From the human T2T-CHM13v2.0 reference genome, Homo sapiens: a stretch of 64,000 bases of DNA. Numbering within the stretch: the stretch's first letter is position 1; every line of letters starts with the position of its first letter. This document shows, in pieces, positions 35,895 through 48,831 of this stretch. The position numbers and the translations under genes are program-made. The stretch lies in assembly GCF_009914755.1 (NCBI RefSeq), contig NC_060938.1; one strand, given 5' to 3'. The notes under the pieces are model-generated. The model was not told where the DNA came from and made no database searches. It saw only the letters and a program-made list of their open reading frames with translations.

Positions 35895-37092
35895 CCTCTA
35901 CTCATGAGGCTGCCTTCATGCCCAGCCCTGGTCCCTGGGGATCCGGAGCTGAGGGAGGCTGGGGGTTTTGTATGAGGTTCACCCCCAGGCTCTTCAGGAA
36001 GCAGCGGGGCCACTTCTGGCATGGTGGCGGGGCTGTCTAGGCAATGCACCTGTGCTAAGGGGTTTCTCAAAGTTTTGCAGATTGCACCTTCAGCCAAAGT
36101 GCCTGGGGACTCGGTAAGACTCCTGACCCAGGTGTTCTTCTTCCCCGGTCACTGCCTATCCTCAAGCTGGAGGCTGAGCCCAGCCTACAAGGAGTAGAGG
36201 GAGAAGAGGCAGGAACAGGAGGGGAGAAGGAAGTCAGGGGTATGGGGTTAGATGCGCCAAGGCCTGTTAGGTGGAGTGGGGGCACTGGTGAGGCCACAGG
36301 GCTGGCCTCATGGGCCTTGAAGGTGAGCCCTGGGCTCCATGCCCTGGTGCACCCTTCACTGTCTCTGGGCCTCAGTTTTCCTATCTGCATAAAAGGGGAA
36401 CTGGACCAAGAGAGTGCTTTAATCGTCCTCTGGCCACAAACTGTGGCCAAAGTGTGCCATCTGCTGGCCACAAGTGACAGTGTCCCCATTCGAGATGTGG
36501 CTGAGGGAGGTAGAGACTCTGGAGTCCTGCCAGGGCTTGGGTATTGTGGGCATGGAGGGAGGTTCAGGCAGCCAGATCCCGTGTTGGAGGGGAGAGGGGA
36601 GCCAAGCACGGCGGGAAAAGATCCAGGCTGCGGGCCTTGCAGGCTGGGCTTGGGGCCAGGGCTCTCCACCCTGGTGGGGAGGGCACTGGCTGGAAGGTTT
36701 GGAGGCCACTTGGTGCTACACACGTCCTCCCAGGAAACAGAGAAGGTGCAGGTAGGTCAGGAATGCTTCCACCTGGGCCCAGGAAGAGTCCTCAGGCTGG
36801 GGCAGCTGGGCGCCGCACACTGGCTTGCAGGTCCCATGAGGTCAACCTGGCTGACTTAGGGCTGGGCTGTGGGAACCCGGGCAAGGCATCCTGAGGGTGG
36901 GGTCTGGCACTGCAGCCTCGAGGTGCAGTGTGGTGGGGGGTGAGAGGAGCCAGGGTGGGGCCAGTGAGGTGGCCAGAGCAGAATATAGGGTGGGGGCATG
37001 GCAGGGCCGGGAAAGGCTGGGATAGGAAGGACAGGAGCCCCTCTGCAGGGGGAATGCAGCAGGACCTGGTGGCACAGAGAACAAGCCTGGGG

Positions 37093-38000
<908 letters not shown>

Positions 38001-38026
38001 ACTGAATTGAAAGAGTGAATGAGCGA

Positions 38027-38900
<874 letters not shown>

Positions 38901-41791
38901 AAACCCCATGGCCGGCCACCCTCCCCCAAGCACTCAGACACCCTCTGAAGAACTGGTGCAGTGACCACCTGAAGCCTGCCCTTGGTGCTGAGGACGAGGG
39001 GCCTCGCTTTACTAGGAGGCCCTGCCCTGAGCCGGGGTCGGCCTCCCTTGTGGCTGCCTTCCTGAGGCACCCTCTCTCCTGCACCCCAGACATGGTCCTG
39101 GCCTCCAGGAGGGATAGGTGAGCAGGGAGCCCAGGGAGCTGGTCAATCCTGGGAACGTGTGGGGAGTGTCCCGAGGCCTCCTTGAGGAGAAGGGTTTTTT
39201 CCATCCCCCTCAACTCTTGGAGAGGATGAGGGTCTGTCTGATGCCAGGTGTGATCCTAGGGCCATGGGCCTTGTATAATTTTATTGTGGACAGTTTAGGC
39301 CCTGTAACCCTTCCTTATCTCTTTATTAAATGCTAAACAGGATGGTTAAAAACCCCACAAAAGTCAAAACCGTGCAGAGGGGTGTAAAATGGAAGTGAAA
39401 CCTCTCCCGAACCCCACGCCTACTCTCTCTCCAGAGGCAACAATCGTTACCTGTTGCTTGTGTCTGTCCCAGGAAAGGTCCCCGCCTTCATAAGCATAAA
39501 CCTTCTCTGCAAAGGCCAACGGGGCTGTGCCGCACACTGCGTGCCCGTCCCTGTCCCGGGTCCACCTGCCGTCCATCCACTGTCGCCAAGGATGAAGAGA
39601 CGATTGGCCATTCCTACCCAGCCGGTTTCCACTACTAAAGACACCTCTGGCAAGTGTTCAGTTTCCGTGGGAGCGTGTCTGGGGTGCCTCCCAGCTCTTG
39701 CCCTGCACACTGAAGGGACGTGGATGGGGGTGGGGTGGGCTCTGGAGGGACTGGTCTGCCTCCGGGTACCGTCCACCTCGTCACACATGAAGACACGAAG
39801 GTGCGGAGAGGTGGGGGGCGGGGCTCTTGACCAGCACCAGCAGGCTGGGGAGAGATGGCGGTATGGAGGGCCCTGGGCTCCAAGCACCCAGGGAAGGAAT
39901 CTGAGCACTCAAGCCCCATGTCCTCCTCCCTCCCTGAAACATTGCTGCGTGTGGTCTGAATGGAAGCCGAGTTCCGGCAATTAATCCCATCAGAGGGGCC
40001 CTGCTGAATGGTAGGAGGTTTTTTTCTGTTTTGCTCCCTTGGTCTAGATTTCCCTGGGGACAGCTCTGACCAGCCGCCGCGTGCCTGGTAAATTAAATGT
40101 TAAAAAAAATCCCCACAATGACTTTAATCAATCCACTGACATGGCGGGTGGCCTCCCAGAAGCCCTTGGTCCGCTGAAGGGAGCCCCCCCCTCCCCGCCC
40201 CAGGCTCAGGGTCTTGGATGAGACAGGATGGGGGAAGAGGACAGTCTTCCCCAGTCCCCTTCCTGTGGGGGAGGGAGGAGGGTGGGTGGTCCCCAGAGTG
40301 TCCTCCTGGAGAGGGACAGAGAGAAAGGGGGGACTCTGGCCCCCTTTATAACTTGCCCTGATCCCAGGCCAGGAGTGATGGTGGACGCAGGGAGGGGGCA
40401 GCTCTTCCCCGCCTCTCTCCTGACCAGAAGCCTGGGTGAGTACAGAGCAGGTGGTCACGATCGGCCATGTGGTCAGCAAATCCAGCGTTTATGGTGATTC
40501 TGTTGGAGACAAATGGCAGTGCTGGGCTCTGGGTTGGAGTCAGGTTGAGACAACGTCCTTCAGCCTCCACTGGGGGGAGTCAGGGGAAGGACCGGGGGAG
40601 CAGGACGGCCTTGCGGCGCCGCCGGAGCAGTGGGGTTGTGGGGCGTGGCCATGGTCCTTCCCAGGGGAGAGTAGAGGAGTGCAGGGGGCAGAGAGCACAG
40701 AAAGTCTAGCCCAGCCTTAGCACCCCAGCCAGGCCATAGGTGCGCGCTGGCGCCGCTGAAAACGTTCTCCTTCCCTCGCCTGTCCACCTTCCAGGTCCTG
40801 CTCAAGGCGCCTAATATCCCCTGGGCAGGGTCCCTGACACTTCCTTAACTCCCAAAGACCTTCCGCGTGGGCCTAGCGCATTTAGGCGAACCTCTCTGCC
40901 TGCTTGATCCTCTCCCTTCCTCCCTCAAGCCAGGCATCTCACCCACTTGCGCGCGAGGCTGGGGCAGCCCACAGGAGGAGCGCGGGACCCGGGCTTGAGT
41001 TTGCACCCAGGCAGAGCGCCCACCCCCGCCCCTAGCTTCGGACCCTGAAAGTAAAGTCGTCGTGCCCGGCAGCCAGCCCGAATCTTCCAGCCCTCAGGGA
41101 GTCGGGGTCGGGGCAGGGAAGGCCACGGGTGGCGGCACAATCGGGATCCTGGAGTGGAGGCGCAGATTGCGGGTCCCGCTGCGCACGCTCCGTGGTCCGG
41201 TTGGGGTGGGCCTTGGAGGTCCATAGGCCAAGGTTGAACGGGGGCTCTGGAGCGTGGGCGGGGTGGAGTGCACAGGTCACTGGGCTCTGAGCGTTTCCAT
41301 GGGCCAGGACCCCAACGCGCCGTGTCCTCAGGACAGATTGGAGGGGGAAGGGGCTGCGATTATGCCCCAGTCGGAAGGGTTTTACAGCAGCCGCGCTGCC
41401 CTCTCCCTGCCGGATACCCGGCAGTAGACACCGACGTCTGGGGGCTAGCGAGGCAGGTGGGCGCGGACCGCGACCCGATTCTGGCTTCCAACCTCCGCCC
41501 AGTGGCGCGCGGGGCCGTCGCCCCACACCTCCAGTCCGCGTGGCTGGTGTCTGGCTCGCCGCCGGGGCGGAAGGGGCGCTGTCGGCGCAGGCGGGCGGGG
41601 CCGGAGCGCGGGGGCGCGCGGCGCGGAGCGAGCGCAGGGCTCGGGGGCGCGGGGCGCGGAGGACCGGGGGCTTGACGGGCGGCCCTGCGCGGTGCGGGGC
41701 GCGGCGGCGGCGGGCGCGCGGCCAGTGAACGCGCGGGCGGGGCGGCGGTGGCGGGAGGCACTAGGGGCCGCTCCCCGCGCTTCCCTCTTCC

Positions 41792-41929
41792 ATGGCGCTG
41801 CCCCAGCCGCCCGAGCCGCCCCGCGGCGCGCCCCGCAAGGCTCCCAGCCTGCTGGAGATGGGGGCGCTCTGCCTGGACTCGGAGATCATCCTGGGCTTCA
41901 CCAGCCACCTCCTGCGGCGACGAGGCAAG
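41792..41929 (+). CDS. Candidate alternative first coding exon upstream of KIF26A (46 aa)
   Basis: In-frame TAG at 41762, ATG at 41792, MALPQPPEPPRGAPRKAPSLLEMGALCLDSEIILGFTSHLLRRRGK, then AAG|GTGAGG phase-0 donor. Confidence 0.55.
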
Positions 41930-43954
41930 GTGAGGGCTGTCGGGAGGGGGGCGGGCGGCGTAGGCGCCGTCCCGTTACTTTGCCGCGCGGCTCGCGCGGC
42001 CGGGGGTGCTGCGCCGGGAAGGAGACGGCAGGTCCGGAGCCGCGTCCCGCAGCCCGGGCTGGGACTCGCTGCCGCACTTTCCCCCATTAGCGTTGTCCAA
42101 GTCTCCCTCTGCCTTCAAGGCTGTGTCCCAACCGGACCCACCCGGAGGCTGTGGCTAGGGCGGAGAGCGCAGCGCAGGGATTCTCGGGCTCACCTTGCGC
42201 CTTGCTAGGATGGGCGAAGTAGGGGGTCGGGGCCCCTGACTGATCGTGAGCCCCCGAGGTGACTCCAGCCTTGTGCACCCCGTGTTCTGCGGATATGGGA
42301 TGTGAGCTTGTGCTTCCCGAAGCGCCGCGGCGGTAGAAGCGCTGAAGTTGCGGGTGTGGCTGGCCAGGGGCGCAGGACCGGTGCTCCCGACCGCTGCGTG
42401 CTTCTGTGTTGCGTGTGTGGGTGGGGGGACGGGATATAGAGAGTGTGTGTCCCGGAGCAGTGGAGCGGCGGGAGGCGGTGCTGTCTGCCGGCAGTGCGGG
42501 GTGGGGTTTGGGTGTTGTCCTCAGTACCCAGATCCAGATGTGGGCTGACGCCCGTTTTCATTCTCCAGGCTGCGAAGAGACGGGTAGGGGAAGCGCTTCC
42601 GGCCCCCCAGGCTGGGTGGAAAGCGACTGCAGGCTTACGGATCTCAGAAAGAGTGGAGAGCCCCTGCCACTTTATTCCATACCCCCTTGCGTTTTCGAAC
42701 CCCTAAGGTCATCAACGACCCGGAAAGCCGGGAGGGGATCACCCACCCCACTTTCTGGGGAGTGCGTGCGTGGGCGGGGAGGCTTATCCAAGTAAAAGGG
42801 GGTGGGCAAAACGGAAAGGGTCACTTTGACGTACTGAGTCTCTGCGAAGGCCTCACCGTATGCGCCGGCAGCCGCGTGTCCTGGTCTCCGCCGGGTCACG
42901 ACCTTCGGAGTTTCCGAGTGCGCCTCAGGCCTGGGACGCGCGGCGCTGTCTCCCCAGTCTCGGAGCCGTGTGCGCAGCGGCCGGCAGGGGGCACTCGCGT
43001 CACGGGGAGCCCGCCCGCCGCGCCCGCCTGGCTTGACCCGGGCTTTGGGGCTGACCCGGAGCCTGGCCCGGAGCTGCCTGCGGCCGCGGATGCCGGCGAC
43101 ATTTGGGGCCCGGCTAGGCACAGAGCAACTGGTCGCCAGGGAAGGGCGGGGGGGCGGCCTCCCAGCCGGAGACAAACAAGCAATTAATTCCGGAGCTGAG
43201 TTCCCATCTGCCAGGCCTGCTGACAACAGGTCCGGCGCACGCCCGCAGGACCTCCCGCTTCCCGGGCGGCACGGCGCGCACACCCACTTGCGGGCACACG
43301 CGCGGCTGTAAAGACACGTGCCGTTCGCAGACGCGCCGAGGCACAGATACGCCGGCGCGGTCGCTGCCCGGCTCGAGGCGCACACCGCGGCGACACTAAC
43401 CCACGCGCGACAGTTAGACCTAAAGTGGCCCGCGACACGCAGAGTACGCTGGGCTTGCTGGAAAGGCGCCTGGGAGTCTCGGGGCCGGGGTCCCGCCCCT
43501 TCCTCGGCCCACCTCGCCGTGGGCCTTGGGCAAGAGCGTCCCCTCCGCAGCCTCAGTTTTCCCGCCTGTAGAGGGAGGGGCGTCGGCGCCTCCTGGGAGA
43601 CGCGCAGCCCTGGTGTCCCGGGAGAGGGGCGGGAGGCGCATGCGCGCGCGCAACTAGATCCTCGCCGCCGCCCCCAGCGCCCCTCCCCGGGGCAGGGACT
43701 CACCTAACAGGTTGGGGTCCTTGGAGTGCGCGGGGCCGCGTGGGGAAGCGGGGACCCTACCCCCCCCACGCGCCGCCCAGCACTGGGCAAGGGCGGGGCA
43801 CTCTCTGGGCTCCCGCCCCTCGCCGCCCGCCCCGGGAGCCCGAGCCCCGCCCTTCCCCGGCCCCGCCCTCGCCTCCCGAGCGCGCCCACCGGAGCCACCG
43901 CGCTCCTCGCGACACTCGCAGGCTCTGCGAACTTCCGAGCGGCTGGGCCGGGCC

Positions 43955-43984
43955 ATGGGGGCGCCTCGGGGCCGGATCACGTAG
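43955..43984 (+). other. Upstream ORF (MGAPRGRIT-stop) in the KIF26A leader
   Basis: GCCATGG Kozak context; TAG ends 65 nt before the main ATG. Confidence 0.55.
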
Positions 43985-44049
43985 CCGCGGCGCCCCCGGA
44001 GAGCCAGCGTGGCCGGGAGCGCCTGCCGGGCTCTTCCCGCGCCCCGGCC

Positions 44050-44091
44050 ATGGTCGGCCGCGGCGTCCCTCTGTGCGCTGCGCAGCCCGCG
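44050..44091 (+). CDS. KIF26A: KIF26A coding exon 1
   Basis: GCCATGG; MVGRGVPLCAAQPA|gtacgc, phase 0. Confidence 0.88.
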
Positions 44092-44369
44092 GTACGCGCG
44101 GCCCGGCCTGGAGAGGGAGGCGGGCGGCGGGGGCCCGGGACGGCGAAGATACTCGCGGTGTGCGCTGGATCCCTGGGGGCCGGGCCTCCTGCTGAGGGTA
44201 GCGGACCCGCAGGCGGGACCTCCGGGGATGGAGGGAGTGGGTGAGCGCCAGGGTCGTGCCCAGGGCTCCTAACTTTGGCAAGAGCGTCACGCTGGGGCAG
44301 GGCGCGCAGGGGTCTGGATCCGACGGACGTCCCAGGCTCACTGTCCGCTTCCGCCCCCACACCCTGCAG

Positions 44370-44615
44370 GTGGCCGAGGGCGGCCCGGCCCGCGAGCCGC
44401 CGCCGCTGCTGGAGGTGTCCCCCCGAAAGAGGCTACCCGCCGGGCCCGACCAGGACCCATGCGGCAGCCGCCCTGCTCCCGAAGGCGCCGGGGCCGGCCC
44501 AGAGCAGGGCCACTCGGCCGGCGGAGGCGGCTGGTGCCGCCACTGCCACACGAAGCTGGTGGAGCTCAAGCGACAGGCGTGGAAGCTGGTCAGCGGGCCC
44601 GGGACCACCCTCCGG
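44370..44615 (+). CDS. KIF26A: KIF26A coding exon 2
   Basis: ctgcag|GTG...CGG|gtaagt; 246 nt, [21 protein letters not shown]...[28 protein letters not shown]. Confidence 0.95.
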
Positions 44616-46822
44616 GTAAGTGACACTTCCTTAGGCCGACCCCTCCGAGCAGGGCCACGCCGAACTTGGGTAGAACTTGGGGCTTGGAGGGAAGCAGGGT
44701 TCCACTCCTTCCCTGCTGCTGTTTCCACAAAGAGTTATCAGCCAGGACTTCCCTTCTGCGGGCCTCAGTTTCCCGGTCTGTAACACCATGTGTGAGCTAG
44801 GGAGCTCAGCCCGAGGGGCCCTGCTGCCTCGGATGGGAGGGGCCTGGGCTGGCGTTCCTCCCCCAGCCCAGATGTCCCACAGCTGGAACGCAGGTTTGTG
44901 TGGGAGGAGGAGGGGAGAGAGCGGATGGCAGGGACTCCACCCAGGGCGGGACAGCTCCAGCCCTACCAGCAGGGAGAGGTTATTTGGTGCATTGTGGCCC
45001 TTGGGGCACCTGGGCCCCCAGCCAGGTGTCTGGAAATTACATACCTGGGGCCGGGGGGCCTGGCAGGTGAAAGGGTGGGCCACAGCAGCTGGGGGGTCCC
45101 TGCCTACTCCTCTCCCAGCCTCAAGGATAAGAACTGTTGTCCCATACCTCCTGGGATAGACTGAGGCAGTGGCCGCCCATGGGGAATTGAGTCGGGGCCC
45201 TCTGGGTTCCCCAGGCTCCAGCCCCAGGGGCAGGTGCTTGCAGGGGAGGGGTTCTCCTGGATTTCCAGCCAGTGGGCCTGCCGGCTTTGGAGGGAGCAGG
45301 GACCATTGTTCCAGGAACAATGCATGCTGGAAGTTTGCAAAGGCTGGGGGCGGGTGGGGGTCTCCAGAGGAAGCCCGCTGCCGGGCCTTCAGCCTTTATG
45401 AAAGAGTTCCTGGGAAGTCCGCATAATCCCCATTGAATCTAAATATAGTTCTCTAAGGGCTGTGGGGGTTGGAGTGAGCTGAGACCCTGACTGCCCTGTC
45501 TGGGGCAGGGCAGGGTGGGGCAGGGTACCAGTCTGGTTTCTGTCCTGGGCACCGTCTCCGGGCTCTCTGGAGTCTCGGCGAGGGATAGGATTGCTGTAGC
45601 CTCTCTCTGGCTCAGGCCAGGCGCCTGTGGGCCTGTCCTGGGGTGGGGCTGGACCCGCCCTGTCCTCTGCTCTGGACAGGCTGCAGCCTTGGCCATACTC
45701 TGTGCCCCAGTGGCCTGTATCTAGTTTAAAAGGTAGCAGGAGACCCTTGAGGGCCCCCTGGAGAGGGCCAGCCAGAGCTAAAGGCCCATCTTGCTGCCCC
45801 ATTAGGGGAAACACGCCAGAGACAGGAGGGGCATTAAGATTGAGCTGGTCTCCTCATTCTTGGAGTGGGCTTGGACTGCTGATGCTGCCTGGCCCTGGGG
45901 CCATGGTCCTGGCATGGACTCGTGGAGGGGAGGGGGCTCCTGGTCACGGGCAGGCCAGGGGTCCTAGTGGAGAGGGCTGCAGGTGATACTAGTCCCTGGT
46001 GGAGTCTAGGTTCCTCATCTAGGGGGGTGTCTTGGTCTCTTCTGGCAGACAGGTCTTCAGGGGAGCCCCAGACCACCCATCTCCAGCCTCCCCTGAGCTT
46101 GGCCTTTGACACTGGAAACTCCTCTTGAGTGCCAGCTGGGGGCTCCCCCTTCCCTAGCTGGCGCTGGCACTCAGCACACCGGGGTCCCGGGCTGGTCTCA
46201 GCCAGGGCTTTGTTCTGCTCTGGGCCCCCTTCTTCTGCTTTGTGGTCTCCTCTGTCACCTGGGGCCTGTTATGAAGTGCTGTCCCACCTGCAGGGTGCTG
46301 TGCCCCCGGGAGAGAAGACCCCATCCTCCACTGTCTCTCCACAGGGCATGGGGGGCTGCACCTGCCATCCTGGGGCCTTACGGGTGTCATTGTCCTGTCC
46401 CCTGTGCGGGCCTGGGCTGTCCCCAGAGTCCCAGCAAAATTGCAGCCTGCAGCCCTGGCCTGGCCCGCTGGGCCCAGATGTGTGGACATGGCTGCTTCTG
46501 TGTTTGGGTTGGGAGGGAAATCTCTGGGGTGGCCAGGGAGACCCCAGTGTGCTCCCCGGAGTCTGGTGCACTGTCCAGTGGGCCCTGGCCTCTGCTCTGT
46601 AAGGCCAACGTGGCAAGGGGTATTTAGGGTTGGTGTTCTAGGATTTCCCCAGGGGCCCGTTTCGTATTTTTTAGGGGAGAGATGAGCTTCCTTGAGGATA
46701 GCTGTTTACAGGGAACTTCACAATCATCCATCTGTCTCATGCTTGGATCTTCAGAAGCCCAGAGAAGTGGAGAGACTTGCTGGGACCCGGCCTGGCTATT
46801 AGAGGCCCTCGCCTCCGGGCTT

Positions 46823-47066
46823 CCTGCCTGTCTCCGTTGTAGAGGGAGGCGTAGAGGGTCGGGGCCCAGCCTGCCAGGGTCTCCCTGCCTGTCTCCGTTG
46901 TAGAGGGAGGCGTAGAGGGTCGGGGCCCAGCCTGCCAGGGTCTCCCTGCCTGTCTCCGTTGTAGAGGGAGGCGTAGAGGGTCGGGGCCCAGCCTGCCGGG
47001 GTCTCCCTGCCTGTCTCCGTTGTAGAGGGAGGCGTAGAGGGTCGGGCCCAGCCTGCCAGGGTCTCC
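46823..47066. repeat. Minisatellite, 4 x 61 bp
   Basis: Unit CCTGCCTGTCTCCGTTGTAGAGGGAGGCGTAGAGGGTCGGGGCCCAGCCTGCCAGGGTCTC. Confidence 0.95.
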
Positions 47067-48787
47067 TTGAATGTGTTGCTCTTTAGCAACACCCGATGCC
47101 TGCATGGTCCTGCCTATGCTCATCCCCTGCTGGGCCCTTGCCCACCCTCCTGCCAGGAGGCAGCTCCCCTGAGCAGGTTCCCGAGAGTTCTTGGCCACTG
47201 TTTCCTGCTCTGCGACATGGGACCGTCTTTGTGCCCATTGCATAGGTACGTAGAGCAGTGCCCGGAAGGGATGCACTCTCACCTTGGCAGCTGCTGCTGC
47301 TGTTTGCTGAGTTAGGGACTCCGAGTCCCTGGGGCTGTTGGAGCCCAGGTTCCCGGCCTACCTCTCCCTTGCTGTGTGCTCTCGTCTGCCTGAGCCTGTC
47401 TCAGTTCCCTTGTCTGGGCAGTGAGGGTGACCATGGTCCCCTATCTGGGGACCTCATCCCTGTGGCATGGATAAGACTGTGCCCTCCCCACCTTTCTGAG
47501 CTCTGGTGCCCCGTCTGGGGCCGTAGGGGAGGGGGACATTGTCTTCCTGCCCCTGTTGGAGCCCCAGGGGATTGTCTTTCCTGATCTGAGAAGGGTGCTT
47601 GGCCCTGGGTGTGGAGGGGAAGCCCCATGATGGGACTCTGGCCGTGGCTCCTGCTCCTCACTGTGTCCCCACACTGTGCCCTCTGCTCTCACCAGGGTCC
47701 TCAGGCCTTGTCTCCGGGCTGACTACTTCAGGACCCCCATGGCCTGGAGCGGCCCCCTGTGGCCTGGCCTCCTGTGGCCTCCAGGGACCTTTCTCTAATG
47801 GGCTGCTCTGTCTGCCCTGCCATAGATGCTGTCCTCATCCCAAGACCCCCTGGCCTCCCTGGGCTGGAGGCCCCTCAGTGTCCCTGCTCTGGCCTCAGGG
47901 GCCCCTTCTCAGGTGCCCCCAACTCTGAGATGTCCCTGTGGGAGGTTGCAGCCTGGTGCCTCCCATTCAGCAGGCAAAGCTGGGGCCTCCCTCTTTCTCC
48001 ACATCTAAGGCCCCCCTCGCTTCCCCATGCTCACCCACCACCGCAAACTGTTGTGGCAGACCTCTTCCCTCTCCCTGACCCCAGTCCTGGTTTCCCCCAC
48101 AAGCAGGAGCTCTGCCAGGTCAGGCATGGGGTCCGGGTCACCTGGAGGTGTTTGTTGAATGACTGAATGACCAGGCTTTTCCTCCCACACCCCACTTGCT
48201 GGTGGTCACCCCCGGGACTGCTGGGGCTGGATTCCGGCTATCCGCCCCTCAAAATGACAGTTCCCATGGAGGATGACCATCCCCCTCCCCCACAAAGGAT
48301 GGTTCCCTGCTTCAAGGAGAGGGTCCCTGCTTGGGGATCCATTCCAGCTGCTGACAGACACGTCATGTGAGGTGTTGACTCCTCCTGAGACCCCGTGACA
48401 TTCGAAGCGTCAGTACCGGTGCTGAATTGATTATCGCCCCCGATGGGGAAAATGATCAATTCTCATTTAGCTCCCGTGCATCTCTTGCTTATCCAGGCAG
48501 GGGCCTCATCCTTATGCCCCCAAGAGCTCCAGAACCACTGTTGGTGCCGCCTGCTGGTGCCACGCAGCTGAACAGTGAGGGAAGCTGCCCATCGAGGCTG
48601 TGGCTCTGGACTCTCCTCCCGGCGAAGCTCCGGGTGGCCCCTGTGTACAGGGAATCAGTTGTCATGGTCTGAGGCTGGGAGCCCTCCTACCGCTCTGCGT
48701 GGCTTGGCGAGTCCTGTTTCTCCTTGGACGCTGCTCATGGGCTTCTGTTTGCTTCTCCTGTTGCCTCTCTGGTTTGACTGGAGGTGA

Positions 48788-48831
48788 CTCCTGCCAGCTT
48801 TTCGTTCCTCCTGCCAGCTTTTCGTTCCTCC
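48788..48831. repeat. Tandem duplication, 2 x 20 bp
   Basis: CTCCTGCCAGCTTTTCGTTC occurs twice. Confidence 0.85.

Larger units (their letters stand above)
40560..44700. promoter_or_regulatory. Large CpG island; KIF26A promoter region with two GC peaks (~41.5-42.1 kb and ~42.9-44.65 kb)
   Basis: Dense CpG, many GC boxes; boundaries approximate. Confidence 0.9.

Noticed and set aside
42672-44728. 343-aa and 323-aa minus-strand ORFs in the KIF26A CpG island
   Set aside because: Arg/Pro/Gly/Ala-rich frames expected at very high GC; no recognisable domain
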